From Chrysomallon squamiferum (Eukaryota; Animalia; Mollusca): a stretch of 64,000 nt of DNA. The stretch spans positions 10,478,001 to 10,542,000 of the forward strand of contig CM022673.1 in assembly GCA_012295275.1 (NCBI GenBank), in the 5' to 3' direction. This document shows positions 28,259 to 43,850 of the stretch, one piece after another (the stretch's first letter is position 1; each line of letters begins with the position of its first letter). The translations under genes were made by a program, and so were the position numbers. Below the pieces are notes generated by a model that worked only from the letters and a program-made list of their open reading frames with translations, was not told the DNA's origin and did no database searches.

Positions 28259-29647
28259 AGTTAAAAAGTATAATGACAAGTAATCGTGGTAGTTCTACTG
28301 AACATTCACCAAATGGTCGAGTCAGTCTGATGAATGGTTACACAAGATATGTGTATTATCTGTATTGTCCGTTTCAGAATAAACAATCAATGATAGAAAT
28401 GTAAACAGATTTCCCGTTTTGTCACACAAATGTCCTCTGATGAACTAACAATACATTTTTCTACCTCAGAGCCTTTAAGCTATTAACAAACACAGCAGAT
28501 GTGACTGGTAATAAATATGAGTAGAGATAGAGTAGAGTGTGCTAACATCAGTTTAGAGTACGTTAATAACAGTTTAGACAATCTTCTTAACAATTTAGAA
28601 TACATTCACATCAAACAGTACAGATCATTCTTATTATGTTCATGTCACAACCTATAATGTTTTCCTGTATCACAAAATAATTATGCACTAGGTCCACATT
28701 ATAAAATATACAGCATATTAATATCACAACAATGAATTCAAATCAGGTAAAACAGGTATGTTTAAAGTTCAATAAGAAAAGCAACAAAAAACCCACAATA
28801 TCAAGTTTCCGAGAACTTGAATTATAAACAGACGTGTTAGAACTGGACAGCACCTGACCTAATGTTATCTTCTTAATTTCCAGATTTTTTTTTTCAAGCG
28901 TATCCTTGATGTATGACAAATAATTGGCTAGAATGTTGTTGTTTTTTTCTGTGTGAACTTGTAATCACACCTGTGTCAAAACCTATTTGGTGTGCCTTTA
29001 TTAACGTTTGTTACTTATCCATTTACTTATTTAGATCCTGAGAGATGCTGTTTGTGGGTGACACGAAAAGGTCAAGCGAAATTCCTAAGGACAGAGGACT
29101 ACATCACCAATGAAAAGAGCACAACAGAACTCTGATGACCCCTCGACTCACGAAATGTTTGAGTGCTTTTAGATTTTAATTAATTAATTAAATAATTATA
29201 ACAAAGGTAATTTTCTTCTTTTTCTTTTTTTTTTAAAATCTAATCTCTGTTTCTTCTGATAACCTTAATGATTAAATATTAAAATTATTTGTGTTGATAA
29301 GCTTTCAGAATTAATTTTTAACAGAGATGCAGCACATCCAATGAAAAAAACAACAAAAAAGTGAAAAATCCCTTTTTTCAAGTAATGACTCCTCTGTAAC
29401 TAATTACTTGAATTGTGAATATCCACTTTTATCAGCACTTGCTCTTCCAAATGATTACATTTTGGTTATTTACGGTAATGTATCATCACAAGTATATATA
29501 TCCTTTCTCGAGTTACACAGGAAAGTTTGAAATTACATTCCGTTATGCCAGTACTAAACTGCACATAACGTAACCTCCTCACACAATCCCTTCTGTTTTC
29601 AAACACGCAGCAAAGTCTTTCATATATTTTTAAAAATCACAGGCAAG

Positions 29648-29887
29648 TTCAGGTAAATCCAACACGACACCAAGAGATACACTATCACAATAAAATGTAG
29701 TATACAAAGTTATTTATGCAGTTTTAAAAATACAGGTTATTTCAGGTAAATCCAACAAGACACCAAGAGATACACTATCACAATAAAATGTACTATACAA
29801 AGTTATTTATACAGTTTTTAAAAAATACAGGTATGTTCAGATAAATCTTAAAGAGATACAATATCATAATATAATGCTGCATACAAA
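29648..29887. repeat. Tandem repeat, period ~93 bp, about 2.5 copies
   Basis: TTCAGGTAAATCCAACA.GACACCAAGAGATACACTATCACAATAAAATGTA occurs at 29648 and 29741, with a decayed copy at 29836. Confidence 0.9.
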
Positions 29888-30994
29888 TGGAATCTTCATC
29901 AAACACAACCTGTGAAATACATCAAAATTAATTAACTCCCCAAAAAAATGTCTACTATAAAATGGCAACTGAACATGAAATTAGTTTCTTTTTGCATGAC
30001 CGAACAAGAGTCAAGTTACAGTGTATCTAACCCACATATATTAATTGTCAGAATGTCATGTCCGAACAATAAACCATAAGAAATACTGGTACACAGTACA
30101 CAAAGTGAGTGAATGTGTGTCAGAAGATGTAGTGTTTGTTAGCCTGCCCAGCTGTTGTGTTTACCCAACACAATGGCTGTATTGCTGTCACCCCGCCCAG
30201 GAATGGGTCAGTGCATGGTATGTAGATCAGTCAGCTACATGTAAGGACTGACACAGTGCTGGCATAGATGTCTTCATTTTAGATGACTATGCAAGAATGA
30301 CGAGGCTCTTCCAACATCCACTGAGCATGTGAGTATCATTATAGCGAGAAATTTGACAATCTCAAAGAAAATTGGCAAATTTGTGAATTGATGGTTGTTT
30401 AATGAGGAGATTTTGAAACATATGGATAGTCATTTTTTTTTTAAAGTTTTTAAAAAATTAAAAGTTTTAGTATTATTTTTTTTTTTTAAACATAATGAAA
30501 AACTGTTTTTACTTCAATATGTTTCATACATAAAGAATTAATATTAACTAACAAGCAAAATTATATATTTGGCTAGTAAAATGTTTTAAAAATGTAAATA
30601 AAAACTTTCCAATAAATAATTAACTGTATTAAAATACTGAAAATATTATCTGGATGCACATACTTAGAAAATTGTATAAGATATCTTACCAGTTGAAAAA
30701 TTAATGTCAAGCAATTAATTTTTTTGTATTAAAATAATCTGCAAAACAATCCCTCAGGAACATCCATTAACCATTAATGCAACCATAATTTAATTCCATT
30801 TTCTCCCCCATTTTTATTTATTTGTGGGTAGTGGGTCTTTTTAATATGCTATTACCTAAATTTTTTCACAAAATCATCCTTTATAAAGGTATTTTGTTTC
30901 ATTTTGAAAATACAAATGAGCTGATCTGTAATATAAATATTTAACAATTGACTATCCAGATATATGTTCAAATAACATACCATATAACTATCAG

Positions 30995-31057
<63 letters not shown>

Positions 31058-31706
31058 CCAAATTAAAGTAACCTAAATAGATGAGTTTTTTTGTTTTTTT
31101 ACTAATCAATGATAAAACAAATCAAAAAACAAAAAATTTGAGATTTAAAAATAAATGCTGTGATGATCTGATAAAAGCATTCTGTACTCATATGACACGT
31201 GCATTAAAACACCATTATACCCCCATTTTATTTAAAGTTTAATGTAATCACTGACTAACTGCTCATTAAATTAATCAGTTCCAGTCTATCAGATTTCAGA
31301 TGTGTTAGTCATACTACTACAAAGCTCAATGAACCTTATTAATTTAATAAGATGTGAAAGGAATGCATTTAACAGTTCATCCTTTTCCATTGATTAGCCA
31401 GGCCAGGGAAAAATACACAGAATGTGATATTGACTCATATCAAGAAAAATATGCATGGAATTAGATTTCCCTTGTATGAAATAACAAAGCAGTAGCAGCA
31501 GTAGTAGTAGTAGTAATGATGTTGATGATGATAGAAAGATAAACATATGAAAATTATGTGTATAAATTACATTTCATTAGTATGTATTTATAGTAATAAT
31601 GCTGATGTTGATAATGACGAACTGCAAAAAGATTGGACTTAAAATTATTAAACTAATGAGAAGGACTAAAAACTGTTTTGACATAATGATGATGATATAC
31701 AATAAA

Positions 31707-31753
<47 letters not shown>

Positions 31754-32370
31754 TTCTTAAAATATTCAGTGGAAATTATAACATTTCACTATAATAATAG
31801 TAGTAAGAAGAAGAAGAAATCTGCAGAAATGACAAAGAATACTACCGACACATCAAAAAATATGTTAAAAAAAAAAAATAATAATTTATCTGTATATTGA
31901 AATAATAATAATAGTAACTCTTATTATTATTAAGTTTTACTAACCTTTAATTTTTTATTTTTTTTTTTTAGTAAAAAAGAAAGTAAAAAGTATATATCAC
32001 AGGAATAGAAAATTATGTTTTCTATAAATCAAAACTCCATTTAAGAAACATGACTGAGACTGCTGTTTACTTATTTCTAACTGAATACAATAAATTATTG
32101 TTTCTAATATTTACTTTGATAATGTAAATAATATAAAGATTTTAATACAAAAGTAAGCATCAATGTGAATATTCAGTGCAGAAAGTTCAACTGTCAACTG
32201 AGAAACCTGCAAGAGTTGTCATTCTTGCTTAATGTATATTTTTAAAAATTACTAGAAAAATGTATTAGCCAGCTTGCAATATACTAGTAATCTGAAGTTA
32301 ATTCATTTATTTTATTTTTGATATAATGATATACTGAATGTGTATAAAATAAATGTATTATGTGAGACAA

Positions 32371-32413
<43 letters not shown>

Positions 32414-32540
32414 TAAAAAAAATAAATAAAATAAATATAATAAAATAAAAATACTATCAAATATATATCATTTTAAATTAATGGTTGGGAACCAAGAAAT
32501 TTAATAATGATTGTTTTGTTAACTTCTTCTAAAAAATATA

Positions 32541-32598
<58 letters not shown>

Positions 32599-32696
32599 TC
32601 ATGCTTCTGTTTATTTACACAAGTATTTATAAATGCTTATACTGCTAACACAAGGTTTTATTACAACATTTAATGAAGTCAATAATAATAATACAA

Positions 32697-32730
<34 letters not shown>

Positions 32731-35700
32731 TTAATGTTTAATTCCAGTACTAAGTAAGATGTATTTAAAAATAATTAATTTCATATACTTAAGGTGGATT
32801 TAATACAAATGACATGTAAATAGTTTCATCATTTATTACTATTTTTTTTCCCAGTGCATTTTTTAAACTTATTATGATCAGTATATAATGTCAGTATAAT
32901 AAAATAACAAATATTAAATATTTCATTATTATAATTTCATCTTAAACATGTGTCTGTAAATAAGTCACCATTTTCCCAACAATCACTTTTTATCTGTGAA
33001 TTAATCTTTGCACTACAGTAACATCAATAGCAAACAAAATGACTACATACCAGTCACTGAAACATCAAAGAAATGGGTTAATTTAAGTAAACATTTCCAG
33101 CAGACATTACTTAATGTGCAAACACTTGTTCAATTTCCCAAATGGTGGCTAACTGTTACTAAATATAGACAATCTCACAATAATTTTGGCATCGATATTT
33201 CTGGAAATCATTTGTAAAATAATCCAGCGATTGCTTTTCAATTTGTTATTGATTGGGATCTTTCAGACCAGTACAGTCATACTAATCTGGCTTTCAAAAT
33301 ATCTGGGTTAATTACTGTGCAGAAATATTTATTTTTGTATTCTGTTCATTATTATCCTTTTCTATAAATGTAATATTGGTGGTATTATTAAAGAATTTTT
33401 TTTTCTTTGTAAGTATGACTGTAAGAAATTGAAAACCATTTCATCTAAATTTATTGTTATAATAAAAAAAAATATATTATGTTTCAGTTTATTTATTTTA
33501 AAAATAAATTTCTTTATCACTCTTTGTTAATTCTTTTAGAATTTTTGTTATTATTTTCTTAAATACCCACTTGACTTTACTGACAATTCTGTAATTTGTT
33601 TGCTTATGCATTACTTTTGTCTACTTCTAAATCCAAATTACCTATCTTTTGCTAAGCTTTAGTTAATGTTGTGTGTGAAACATAGGCAGTCACACCCACC
33701 CACCCACCCACCCACACACACACACAGACACACACAAATACATACATATACATATAAAAAAATAATATACATTAAAACAGGAACAAATTAATTTCCATTT
33801 TATTATTTAATAATTTTATTTTATTAGTTTTCTGGTTATAAGTAACAGTGCTTTCATAAATTTTTTGTCACAAAATTATTATTTTGTTAATTATCAATAT
33901 CTTTACGACTTTCTAGCTTTTAATATCAAACAATTAACAAGTGGTTACATGTTTGTTTTTTGTGTGTTTTTTTTCTCTCATTCACTAATGGTTTAAAAAC
34001 AATGGGGTTGTTTGACAAAACTGTAGTTAAAAATAACTTTCACTTAATTTTTCTTTCTTTTTTTTGGAGGGAATTTGACCTCAATTTAAAAGGATCGCCG
34101 ACTTTTATTCATTACAAAGAAGATAAACGTAGTGGAAATAAACAAAGCCAGTTATCAGATATGAGGAAAAGAATAAAATTCTGAATAAATATCTGATATA
34201 AATTACTAAAAATATATTTTACTTAATTTTAGATTTAATTTATATAATAATAAACCATAGCGAAGTATTCAGAATGTGCACATGGGAAATTGGAAGGAAA
34301 AACGTCAGACAAAACTTATTGCAGAACCGACTTCGTATCATTTTCCTTTCCCACGATCTCAAAAGAGCACCTTGATTGTTTAAATATTTTGGTTTTTGTT
34401 AAGTCATAAGTTTGTTATGTACGAATAAATGAAGAAAACTTACCTAAAAACCAAATTAAGCACGAAAATTAAAATACAAATCAGTTCATAACTTGGCAAG
34501 AATTCAATCAGAAAGCAAACAGGAAGGTCAAGGCTGTGCTTGAACCAAGAAAGATAACCCTGGTTCACAAAGTTTAGTCTGGTGTTTTGCTACTCGTCTA
34601 TAATTAAATCGTTTACCAAATATTTATAAATTATTAATGGATTTGACTATTTCTTACAGTTATTTTACATAACGTATAATAACAATGGAAATAAATATTT
34701 TGGAATAAAAAATAAATCATATTTGTATTCATTATTATTATTATTTTAAAAGATTTCATAAACATTTTGTTATGTAATTAATCTATCCTATGTATGCAAA
34801 CTTTAAATAAAGCATCTAGCTATCACTTCTACAGCCAAAATTCTTTGATACTACACAAACATCCAAACACTAAACAAAGATTTTTTTTTTAAATAATGAG
34901 AAAATACATTCTTAATAATTAATAAAACGAAGAAAAACAAATCAAAATTAAATTAAAATGCATAAATGACAGAACATTTTCTAAATAATCAAGTCTGAAG
35001 TTTCTATTTTTAAAATACCTTATTCAGCATTTTTAAGGATACTGCAATAAATAAATAAGAACTGCTTATCTCTAGAGACACCCGAGTTTATCAGTCCTTG
35101 ATTCTGACAGACAGCAATTTAGATAGTACAGTCAGTGTGTCTTTCATGTGTAGATGTACACAAGATTATACATCTAAGCATTTCCGCAGTTTTGTCTCAA
35201 GTTCATATTATTTATTCAAGCATATATTAATTCATTTGAGGTAGAAATAAATAATGATGATTGTACTCCTCTGGCAGTGTTCTGTCATTAAAAAACACTG
35301 CAGGCATAAAAGAAAAAGGCATTTTTCCATTATGATTGAATTTTAAAAATTTGTAAGTATAATTTGTGTGTGTTAATAAACTGAATTGTAAATGAAATGG
35401 TTTGTTTGTTTGTTATTTTTTTTTTTTTTAAATTTGATTTCCTGTCATGATCTCAGAAAATGAAAATTATATACTTTCTCCAGATGAATGTAATTGTATA
35501 TTTGAAAACTTACTGTGGCATCAGAATTATAATGAATAAATACATTAATTAATTAATTATTTTATTTATTTTTTTTATTTTTTGTTTGTTTGTTTGTTTG
35601 TTTAAAATGAAGTGAAATAAAAGTCAAATATAATTTAAATAAAATAAAGTAAAATAAGAAAAACAAATGAAAAAATAGGTAAATAAAAATAAATAAACAA

Positions 35701-35948
35701 ATCTGAAATGAAATGAAATAAAAGTCAAATAAAATACAAATAGCATAAAATAAATAATATAAAAAAACTACAAAAAAAAAAAATTACTAAAGTAAGAAAA
35801 CAAAAGAAATATAATAAAACAAAAATAAAACAACTGCAAGGTGAAATAAATTTAGAAAAAGCCACAAAACAAACACAAACAAAACAAAACAAAACAAGGA
35901 CAAAACACAAAAAAAAAAAAAAAAAAAAAAAACAAAGCAACTACTCAC

Positions 35949-36140
35949 TGACTGCAGCAACTCCTCTGCACTGAGTAGTTTTTCACGTCTGTCTTCCAAG
36001 TTGTACTCCATTTCAGAAATCTTCTCACCCTGAGCTTCCACCTGGTCAGTGAGGACACTCACTTGTAACATCAGACTCTGCTTGTCTGCTTCCAACTTGT
36101 GCAGTTTTTCCTCAACACTCTCTGACAGGTAGCCGTTCAC
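35949..36140 (-). CDS. PPFIBP: Liprin-beta internal coding exon A (first coiled-coil segment), 192 nt, phase 0/0
   Basis: Encodes VNGYLSESVEEKLHKLEADKQSLMLQVSVLTDQVEAQGEKISEMEYNLEDRREKLLSAEELLQS. The LQVSVLTDQVEAQGEKI block is the liprin-beta coiled-coil signature as I recall it from PPFIBP1/2. Acceptor aaag|gtg at 36142-36141; donor tca|gtgagt at 35948. Confidence 0.95.
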
Positions 36141-38025
36141 CTTTAAATTTAAATTAAAGATTGTTTCAAAATGGCAGTAAAATTAATAACGATGAAATGA
36201 CCAAAAAAAAAATAATAAAGTGGAAAATGGTAAAATAGTATAATAGCAAGAAAGAAAGATGTTAGGAAGAAAATTACTGATGATGATGATGATAATAAAG
36301 ATGATGATGTTGACAGTAATGATGATGACAATGATGATGACATATCGATGACAGAATAGTAATGGAAAATCTAAGTGAAAAGGGAAAATGTTGATAATGA
36401 TAGTGATTATGATAATATAACCAATGACAAAATAATAATATTAATACAATTATGATAACAATAACAACATATTAATAGTAATAATAATAAGATAAAGAAG
36501 AAGAAGAAGAAAGATAATAATAAAATGATAAGAAATTAAAAATAAGAAGGAAAAGATATTGAAGAAGACAAAAGAAACTAAAATAACATTAACAATTACA
36601 ATTATGACATTTTTATTAAGCTACATGATAAATTTATAAATTCTTATTATAAATATTCATTTTCTCTATTACAAATTAATGAAATTACATTTATAAATCT
36701 GCTCAACGTGACAAAGTAAATGGAAATAACTTTAATCTTAAGATGTTAAAGGTTTTTTTCTTTTTTTTTTACTTTATTACTAGCAAAGGTTGCTTTCATA
36801 AAAAAATGAACACATCACACTGAAGTATGCACAATATTTTATGCCACTTGTTCACACTGTGTCAGGTTCATTCTTTTATAATTTTATTTTTAAAAAACCC
36901 CACAAAAACCCACAAACAAATAACAAAAAAAAACCCACACAAAATGCATCAGAAAAGAAATTAACAAAAAAGCTGCCCACACCCCAAAACAAAACAGAAT
37001 AACGATTTCATTTAGACATATCAGAGATTGGCAGATGCTTTGATAGATTTCCAGAATAAATTACATCACCCATGGCAACAGAGATCTCCGACTTTAGTAA
37101 AGATTATCAAGATGCCTGTCTGCTGATTAATCCATTAACAAGATGGTGTTGTGGAATAAATCAGAGATAGAAGAAAGTATCTTCATAAAACTAATCTTCT
37201 GCCTGTTAACACTCTGTATCTTATAAGTAAGTTTAACTCTCACAGATTTTTGAGATAAAAACAATGATTCTGTTGTGTAATTATTACAGTTAATTAACAA
37301 TTTCATGTGTTGCCCTATTATGGGATGATAGAAAGTTTCATTTGCAGAGATGCTTGAGTGAGAATCCGAAGTATGAATATTCCATATTGAAGTCATAATA
37401 AATTATTATATATTGAATGCTAATTGGGTTTAATAAATAAATACAGAATAATTAAATTTGTTAGCAAAGGAATCAAGTTGTTTTAATTTCCAAAAAATAT
37501 TACAGAATATAATAAATATAATATTAATGATAATAAATAAATAAATAAATAAGTAATTTGAAAAAGTAATAAAATAAAAAAATAAAATAAATGAATAAAT
37601 AAATAAAATATAAATAAATAAATAATACATATAAAAAAATAACATAAAAATAAAACAATAAAGTAATAATAATGAAAAATGAATAAAAGAAAAAGATAAG
37701 GAAAAAGAAACATTTGAAAAAATAAAAAAGTAAAATAAAAGAATAGAAAGTAAATATAAAAATCGAGAAGGAAATGTTAGAGGAATCTGAGATAGTGTCA
37801 CATCACACTGTATGTTTATTGAATGTAGAGCTGCCTGTGCACACACACCCACATGCCTGCACATGTAATCAGATGTCTGATGGTGTTTACCCATCTCTGG
37901 TAATCTGCAGCTAGGAATGTGCAACCTTTCTTACACATTTAAACTGCATAAAACACTGCAGCTGTTATATGCTGCTTGTCCTGTCCTTGGTAATAGCTGA
38001 AACAATGTCAGTGAGTGTGAGTGTT

Positions 38026-38027
<2 letters not shown>

Positions 38028-38115
<88 letters not shown>

Positions 38116-38159
38116 AGAGTGTGTGAGAGTGTGCATGTGTGTACGTGTGAGAGTGTGTG

Positions 38160-38233
<74 letters not shown>

Positions 38234-38244
38234 AGTGTGCATGT

Positions 38245-38288
<44 letters not shown>

Positions 38289-38312
38289 CTGTGTATATGT
38301 GTGTGTGTGTGT
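38028..38312. repeat. Long interrupted (TG)n microsatellite
   Basis: Seen directly. Other long SSRs: (CA)n 30998-31056, 45335-45401 and ~62720-62795; (TA)n 32545-32595; (GA)n 56304-56376; (TG)/(GA) 56459-56553. Confidence 0.95.
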
Positions 38313-39789
38313 ATAGGATAGCATGAGTAAAAAGTATAATTCACTGCAGACAGTATTTTAATGATGTACTACACTGCATAAAATAAAGAAAGAAAAACAA
38401 TAAATAGGAAAAAAAAAAACAAAAAAACAAAACCTTCAACAAAAATTCCTTATAATTCAACAACTGTAAAGAAAATGAAGTTGAAATTTAAAAAAACAAC
38501 AAAAACAAAACCCTACTTCATCAGGAAACAACTGAATGCAAACCATATCAATGACAACAACAACAACAACAACAATAACAAAATCATCACTATACACAAT
38601 TCAAAATAAAAATCATATAGATTCAAAATATGTAATTCCTTACTTTGAGAATAATCTTCTCAACCTCAAACTTAAATCATCCAAAATCTCTTAACATCAA
38701 GTGACAAACTCTTCATACATAAATATTACATTCAACCATCACCGACTGTTATGAAGTAATTTAAACACGGATGTAAATAAAATTTGCATCTGTAACACTC
38801 TCGGTGGTACAAAACACATACTTAGAGAACTTCATTATATAGCCCATTTGCTATTCAATTAATAACTTCCTCTCCACAGGATGCATTAGTGCTGTAAACA
38901 TGTTAGGAGGAAATAAAATGTACAAAATTCTTATTTTTTCTCTTTTTAATTTCCATCATGTGCACATGCAAAAAGGCATGCCAGTCAGCTATGTTAATTG
39001 AGCTTTCTCTAAGTTTGAATTATCTATGCTGTGCTGTGATTTTTAATTTCTGGATATTTTTTCTTTCTGTTTAAGATATTCTAAAAACTGCAAATAGGTT
39101 ACAAAATACACAAGCAAATGTATACATATTTACATAGATACATTATAGACATATATGTTTATGAAATACATACATGTTTACGTAAATTATTTGTACAGAC
39201 ATACATCCATACATATATTTATACATCCATATAGCTACGCATACATGCCATCCATTCATCTGTCCATCATCCATACAGACATATATATACACATACATTA
39301 TAATACATGCACTTACTCTGATTAACACATATATAAATACACACCATACATTCAAAATAGATTTAAAATACTTTCTTTTTTTTTCTCTTTTTTATTCTTT
39401 CTTTCTTTTTTACAGTCTTTCTGTTTAAATTACTGTTTAGCTTTTTCATTCTTTCTTTTTTTCTCTCTCTCTTTCTCTTTTACTGTTCTTCTCTTAGTCC
39501 AACTGAACAATGTCGAATGTCAACGTTGCAGAGATGTGTAAATTGTACAGGAATAGTTTTAGTCGATTCTGTTGACACTTCTTCTGTAATGTGTGTGACT
39601 GGAAATTATCTCATTTTTTTTAAATTACATTACTGACAGAAAATGTGCAGAAAGAAAGAAAATGAGCTGAAGATGAAGAGAAGAAGAGGGAAAAAAAAAT
39701 AGTTTAAAGGAAAGTGGTTTATCAGCTGGTGTTTTCATTGTAGTGTTGAGTGTGTTGAGTTGAGGAGTTAATTCCAGTGAAAGAAAAAT

Positions 39790-39809
39790 AATAATAGTAA
39801 TAAAAATAA

Positions 39810-39848
<39 letters not shown>

Positions 39849-40134
39849 CAGTAGTAGTAGTAATAATAATAACAATAATAATAATAATTATGGTAATGAT
39901 GATAATGATAAAAACAGTGAACAGTATAATCACAACATCAATAATAATTATAATAATAATATAATGATGGCAATAGTAATAATAATGCAATAATAACAAT
40001 TATGACAGCAATAATAAATGATGGTGATGATGATGATGATGACAGAGATGACAAAAATGACAATACTAATAACAATAAGATAACAATAATAATAATATTA
40101 ATACAACAACAACAGCAACAACAATAACAACAGC

Positions 40135-40165
<31 letters not shown>

Positions 40166-40175
40166 ACAACAACTG
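39790..40175. repeat. Compound trinucleotide repeat (TAG/TAA/TGA/CAA)
   Basis: Seen directly; it produces the Ile/Thr-rich pseudo-ORF 39625-39999. Confidence 0.9.
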
Positions 40176-41100
40176 TAAAAAGAAAAAGATGGAAAGGAAA
40201 CCTAAAAAACATTGCCTTAGAAAAAAAGACATAATGACAAAAACGTTTGGCTAAGAGGCAGTGAAAGAAGATAATTATTCATTTTCATTTGAGGGAAAAA
40301 AAATTTAAAAAGGAAAGAAAGAAAGCAAAAGATAACATTGTCTGTTTCACTGTACAGACATGGATTTGTCTCTGAGACACACAATGCTGACTTGTTAATG
40401 TCCTGTGTTTAGAATACAAAAAACAATTGTTAATTATCAAAATGAAAAAATAAATGGAAAATTAAACATGTCAAAGAAGACTGTTTAGCAGAAAAATACA
40501 GAATGGGGAAAAAAAAATAAAAAATTAAAAACACTAATGGATACAAATATCTATTATTAAAAATAAAATATATTTAAGAAACAAAATTTAAATTTAATTT
40601 TTTGTCTTTTGCTTTTGTTTTTTTACCTGTTTATTTTTGTTTTAATTTATTATTATTTTATATGTCAATGTGAGTATATATGTTTGTGTGGGTCTCTCTC
40701 TCTATACATATATGTATGTATATGTATATGCATATGTGCATGTATGTAAAGTTTGTTAGGTAAAATTTAATATTTATAATGCCCAAAGAAATGCATAGTC
40801 ATTAATAATGAACATTTATCTTAGATACCTTCCAAACAAATGCAGTATGGGTTGTAAATCTAAAACCATGGTATGTGATGTTCTGTCAACAAAAAAGAGG
40901 ATATTAAAGAAATAAAGATTCTTAAGAAGACTACATGTTACAGCTATCAATATGTAGTTATATACGAAAAAGTTTTCTTACAAGACTGTGTATTAGAATT
41001 ATCAACAGCCATTGTGTACGTTTATTACTACTAAAATAAACAAGTAAATAAATAAAAGTATACCTTTTTAATATGTCATAAAGTTTTAGATGTCTAAATA

Positions 41101-41134
<34 letters not shown>

Positions 41135-42671
41135 CAAAGAAGATTAAAAAAAAATGTAGACAAAAACCCCATATACAGAGAATTTTTTTTTAATTATTTA
41201 TGAAGTGATGCTGAACATATTACAGACTCAGGCATTTTAATGCAGTTTGTGTCTGAATTGCATAATACCAGTTATTACACCAGACTGTAATAAGACACTT
41301 CCTAAACATTTGCCCTTTCAGTTATATAAATAAACCATAGTCTGTGATATAAATATACCACATACAACGTATCACATATAACTTCATACCCATTCAACCT
41401 TAAAAAACTCCACACATTTTATACACCAACACACATGCATACTTAGACAGATAGACAGATATACCCACTTGTGTACTTAAATTTGCATATTCATACATAC
41501 ACATACATACAAAAACAGTTGCACACATATACACATTAATACATACAACATAATTATACATGTGGTATTTCATTTCTAAGTATTTGAAATTTCAGAATCA
41601 AATATCATAATACTATTTTTTAATTCTTAAATCTAATACTTCATAATTAAAAAAAATGAAATAATACATCATAAAAAATATGTCATGCACTTAATGACCT
41701 ATATATATATATTTAGACTATAATAACACTCGGTCTTCATAGCAATTATTCTTTAATAGATTTCCTCCTTAGCAGTAAAGAGAACCACTTTGTTTTTGAA
41801 TGAATGCAATTATTGTTCAAAGGTGGATACAGAAAGGTACCAGCAGCTTTCTGTCTCTAAATAATTACATCAGATTTAATTAATTTGTGGCCTGATTGTT
41901 TGTAAGAATCAAAGAATTAGGCTGCCAAGTTGTTTTATTCATTTATTTAAACATGAAATAATCACAGATTTTACAAATAGTTATGCAAACACGTATGCAA
42001 GTACCTTGTACTCACATTCTCACATTCACATATAACACACATAATGTACACAGAACAAACAATTCACACACAAAATCTACATAATATACATATAATATAT
42101 TAACAAAACACACAAATATAAATGCCTCTGTTTTTCATATTGTAATTAATATAGGAAAATTTATTTACAAAATTAACAGACAGAAAATTGAAAAGAATAA
42201 ATGAAAGAATTTGTATTTACTGATGAAAGAAATATGTCTCTGAAAATTAACTGAAAACAACAAAAAGAAAAAAAAAACTAAGTTATCCTCAAAAAAAAAA
42301 AAAAAAAAAAATTAATAATTTCTTCTAACAAAATATCTGAATCTTTCAATAACATTTTAAAAAATAAAAATGGATACCTTACTTTGATACCTGCATTTCC
42401 AATGCTACAAAGTCAGCTGTTTTAGCATGAGCCTGAAGCATATTAGACCACAGGATCAACCTTTCTCAGAGAACATATTGAACTATTTCCCATTAAAACC
42501 TGTGCTGATTTATCAGATATGGTACGTGCTGCACTGTGATATATGGTAAGAGCAACACAAATGGCTAATATTTTTATATCCTCATTGTACAAAAATATAT
42601 GCATTACAGATGAAAAAATATATATTACAGCGTTATTAATTAACACCATCGTTGTTTCAGACATCACATAC

Positions 42672-42848
42672 CTGGTCTGCCCACCTGGACCGGTACCTGC
42701 TCCTCTGGTGGGGTCTAGCCAAGGTGTATCCACCACGCCTCACCATGGTGCTGTTAGTATCCACTCTGTTTAGAGGGCCAGCCATGCTTGGTCCCAGCTC
42801 GCAAGTGAAAGTGATGGTAATTTCCCCTCTCCACACTCTACAGGTCAT
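42672..42848 (-). CDS. PPFIBP: Candidate alternative first coding exon V3 (MTCRVW...MAGPL...MVRRGGYTLARPHQRSRYRSRWADQ)
   Basis: One of the most GC-rich patches in the window. In-frame TAA at 42875-42873. Three in-frame ATGs in good context: gccATGa 42848, agcATGg 42785, accATGg 42746. Strong phase-0 donor cag|gtatgt. Confidence 0.7.
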
Positions 42849-43850
42849 GGCAATTAAGGAAAACACTGCGTGTTACCAATAATCCATTGAGAAAAGGACA
42901 GCTCCAATACTGCAGATAATAGTCGCCAATTAATGCAAGCATTGCCTGACGCTAAGTATTCTGTCCCAGGACAGCCTGGCACTGCGGATGTTGGAAATCA
43001 GTCATCTCTCTTTGAGAAGAGTGGAAATGGTTACCTTTGTCTGTCTGCAGATATAACAACTGGGGTGTTCTGCAACACTGTGCAATTCACAATCATCAGT
43101 CAGACAGAGACTGAGAGAGAGAGAGAGAAAGTGAGCCACATGGTTTCTGTCTGAGTGAATACGGTGATATCCGATAGCAAGCTGGTCTATAATTTCTTGT
43201 ATATTACAGTGGGTATATATATAAATGTTCTTCAAATGTAAAGTGTGAGTTATTTATACATGGTGTGTGTCTGGGTGTATGAGTGTTATCATTTCACATA
43301 TGTTGTTGTAATGTTATGTAATAAACAGTTTTTATATCACTTTGATTTCTCACCTTTCATGTGAAAATATATATCATATGTATGGGTGTGTGTGTGTGTG
43401 TGTGTGTGTGTGTCTTTAATGTCAGTGTATGCAAAGGTATTAATTTTAAGTTTAGAGCCTTCATATATTCACACACACATACAGATGTATGTGACAGAAA
43501 AATAAAAAGAAGAAAAAAGAGAAAGCAAAAGAAAGTTAGAAAGATGAAGAAAAACAAATCATTTATTAAGAAAATTGATAGTAATTCCTGCTTTTAAATG
43601 GATGATATATTTGTTATACCTTCTCTCACACAAACATACATTGAAAAAAACTCACTCAAACATAATTTTACATGTATGTGTATATATATGTAATATTATG
43701 TATGCACATGTGTCATAAATCTATGAAATGTTCAAGCAGAACATCACTTTTGAGAACAAGGAGACAAAAACAACCATAAGCTTAGAATCCAAAACTAGTG
43801 ATTTATGACAGAAGAGAAACTTGTTATTTTTATTTATAGATAAAATCTAC

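Noticed and set aside
34438-34500. Strong donor tag|gtaagt (also cag|gtgagg near 22442)
   Set aside because: No open ATG-initiated frame leads to it. It could be a non-coding exon, but nothing else supports that.
37931-38344. His/Thr- and Val/Cys-rich ORFs (also 45220-46070 and 62512-63077)
   Set aside because: These are translations of (CA)n/(TG)n microsatellites.
43354-43360. ATG AAA G|gtgaga with a strong donor
   Set aside because: Phase 1, so incompatible with exons A and B; it illustrates the chance background for such units.
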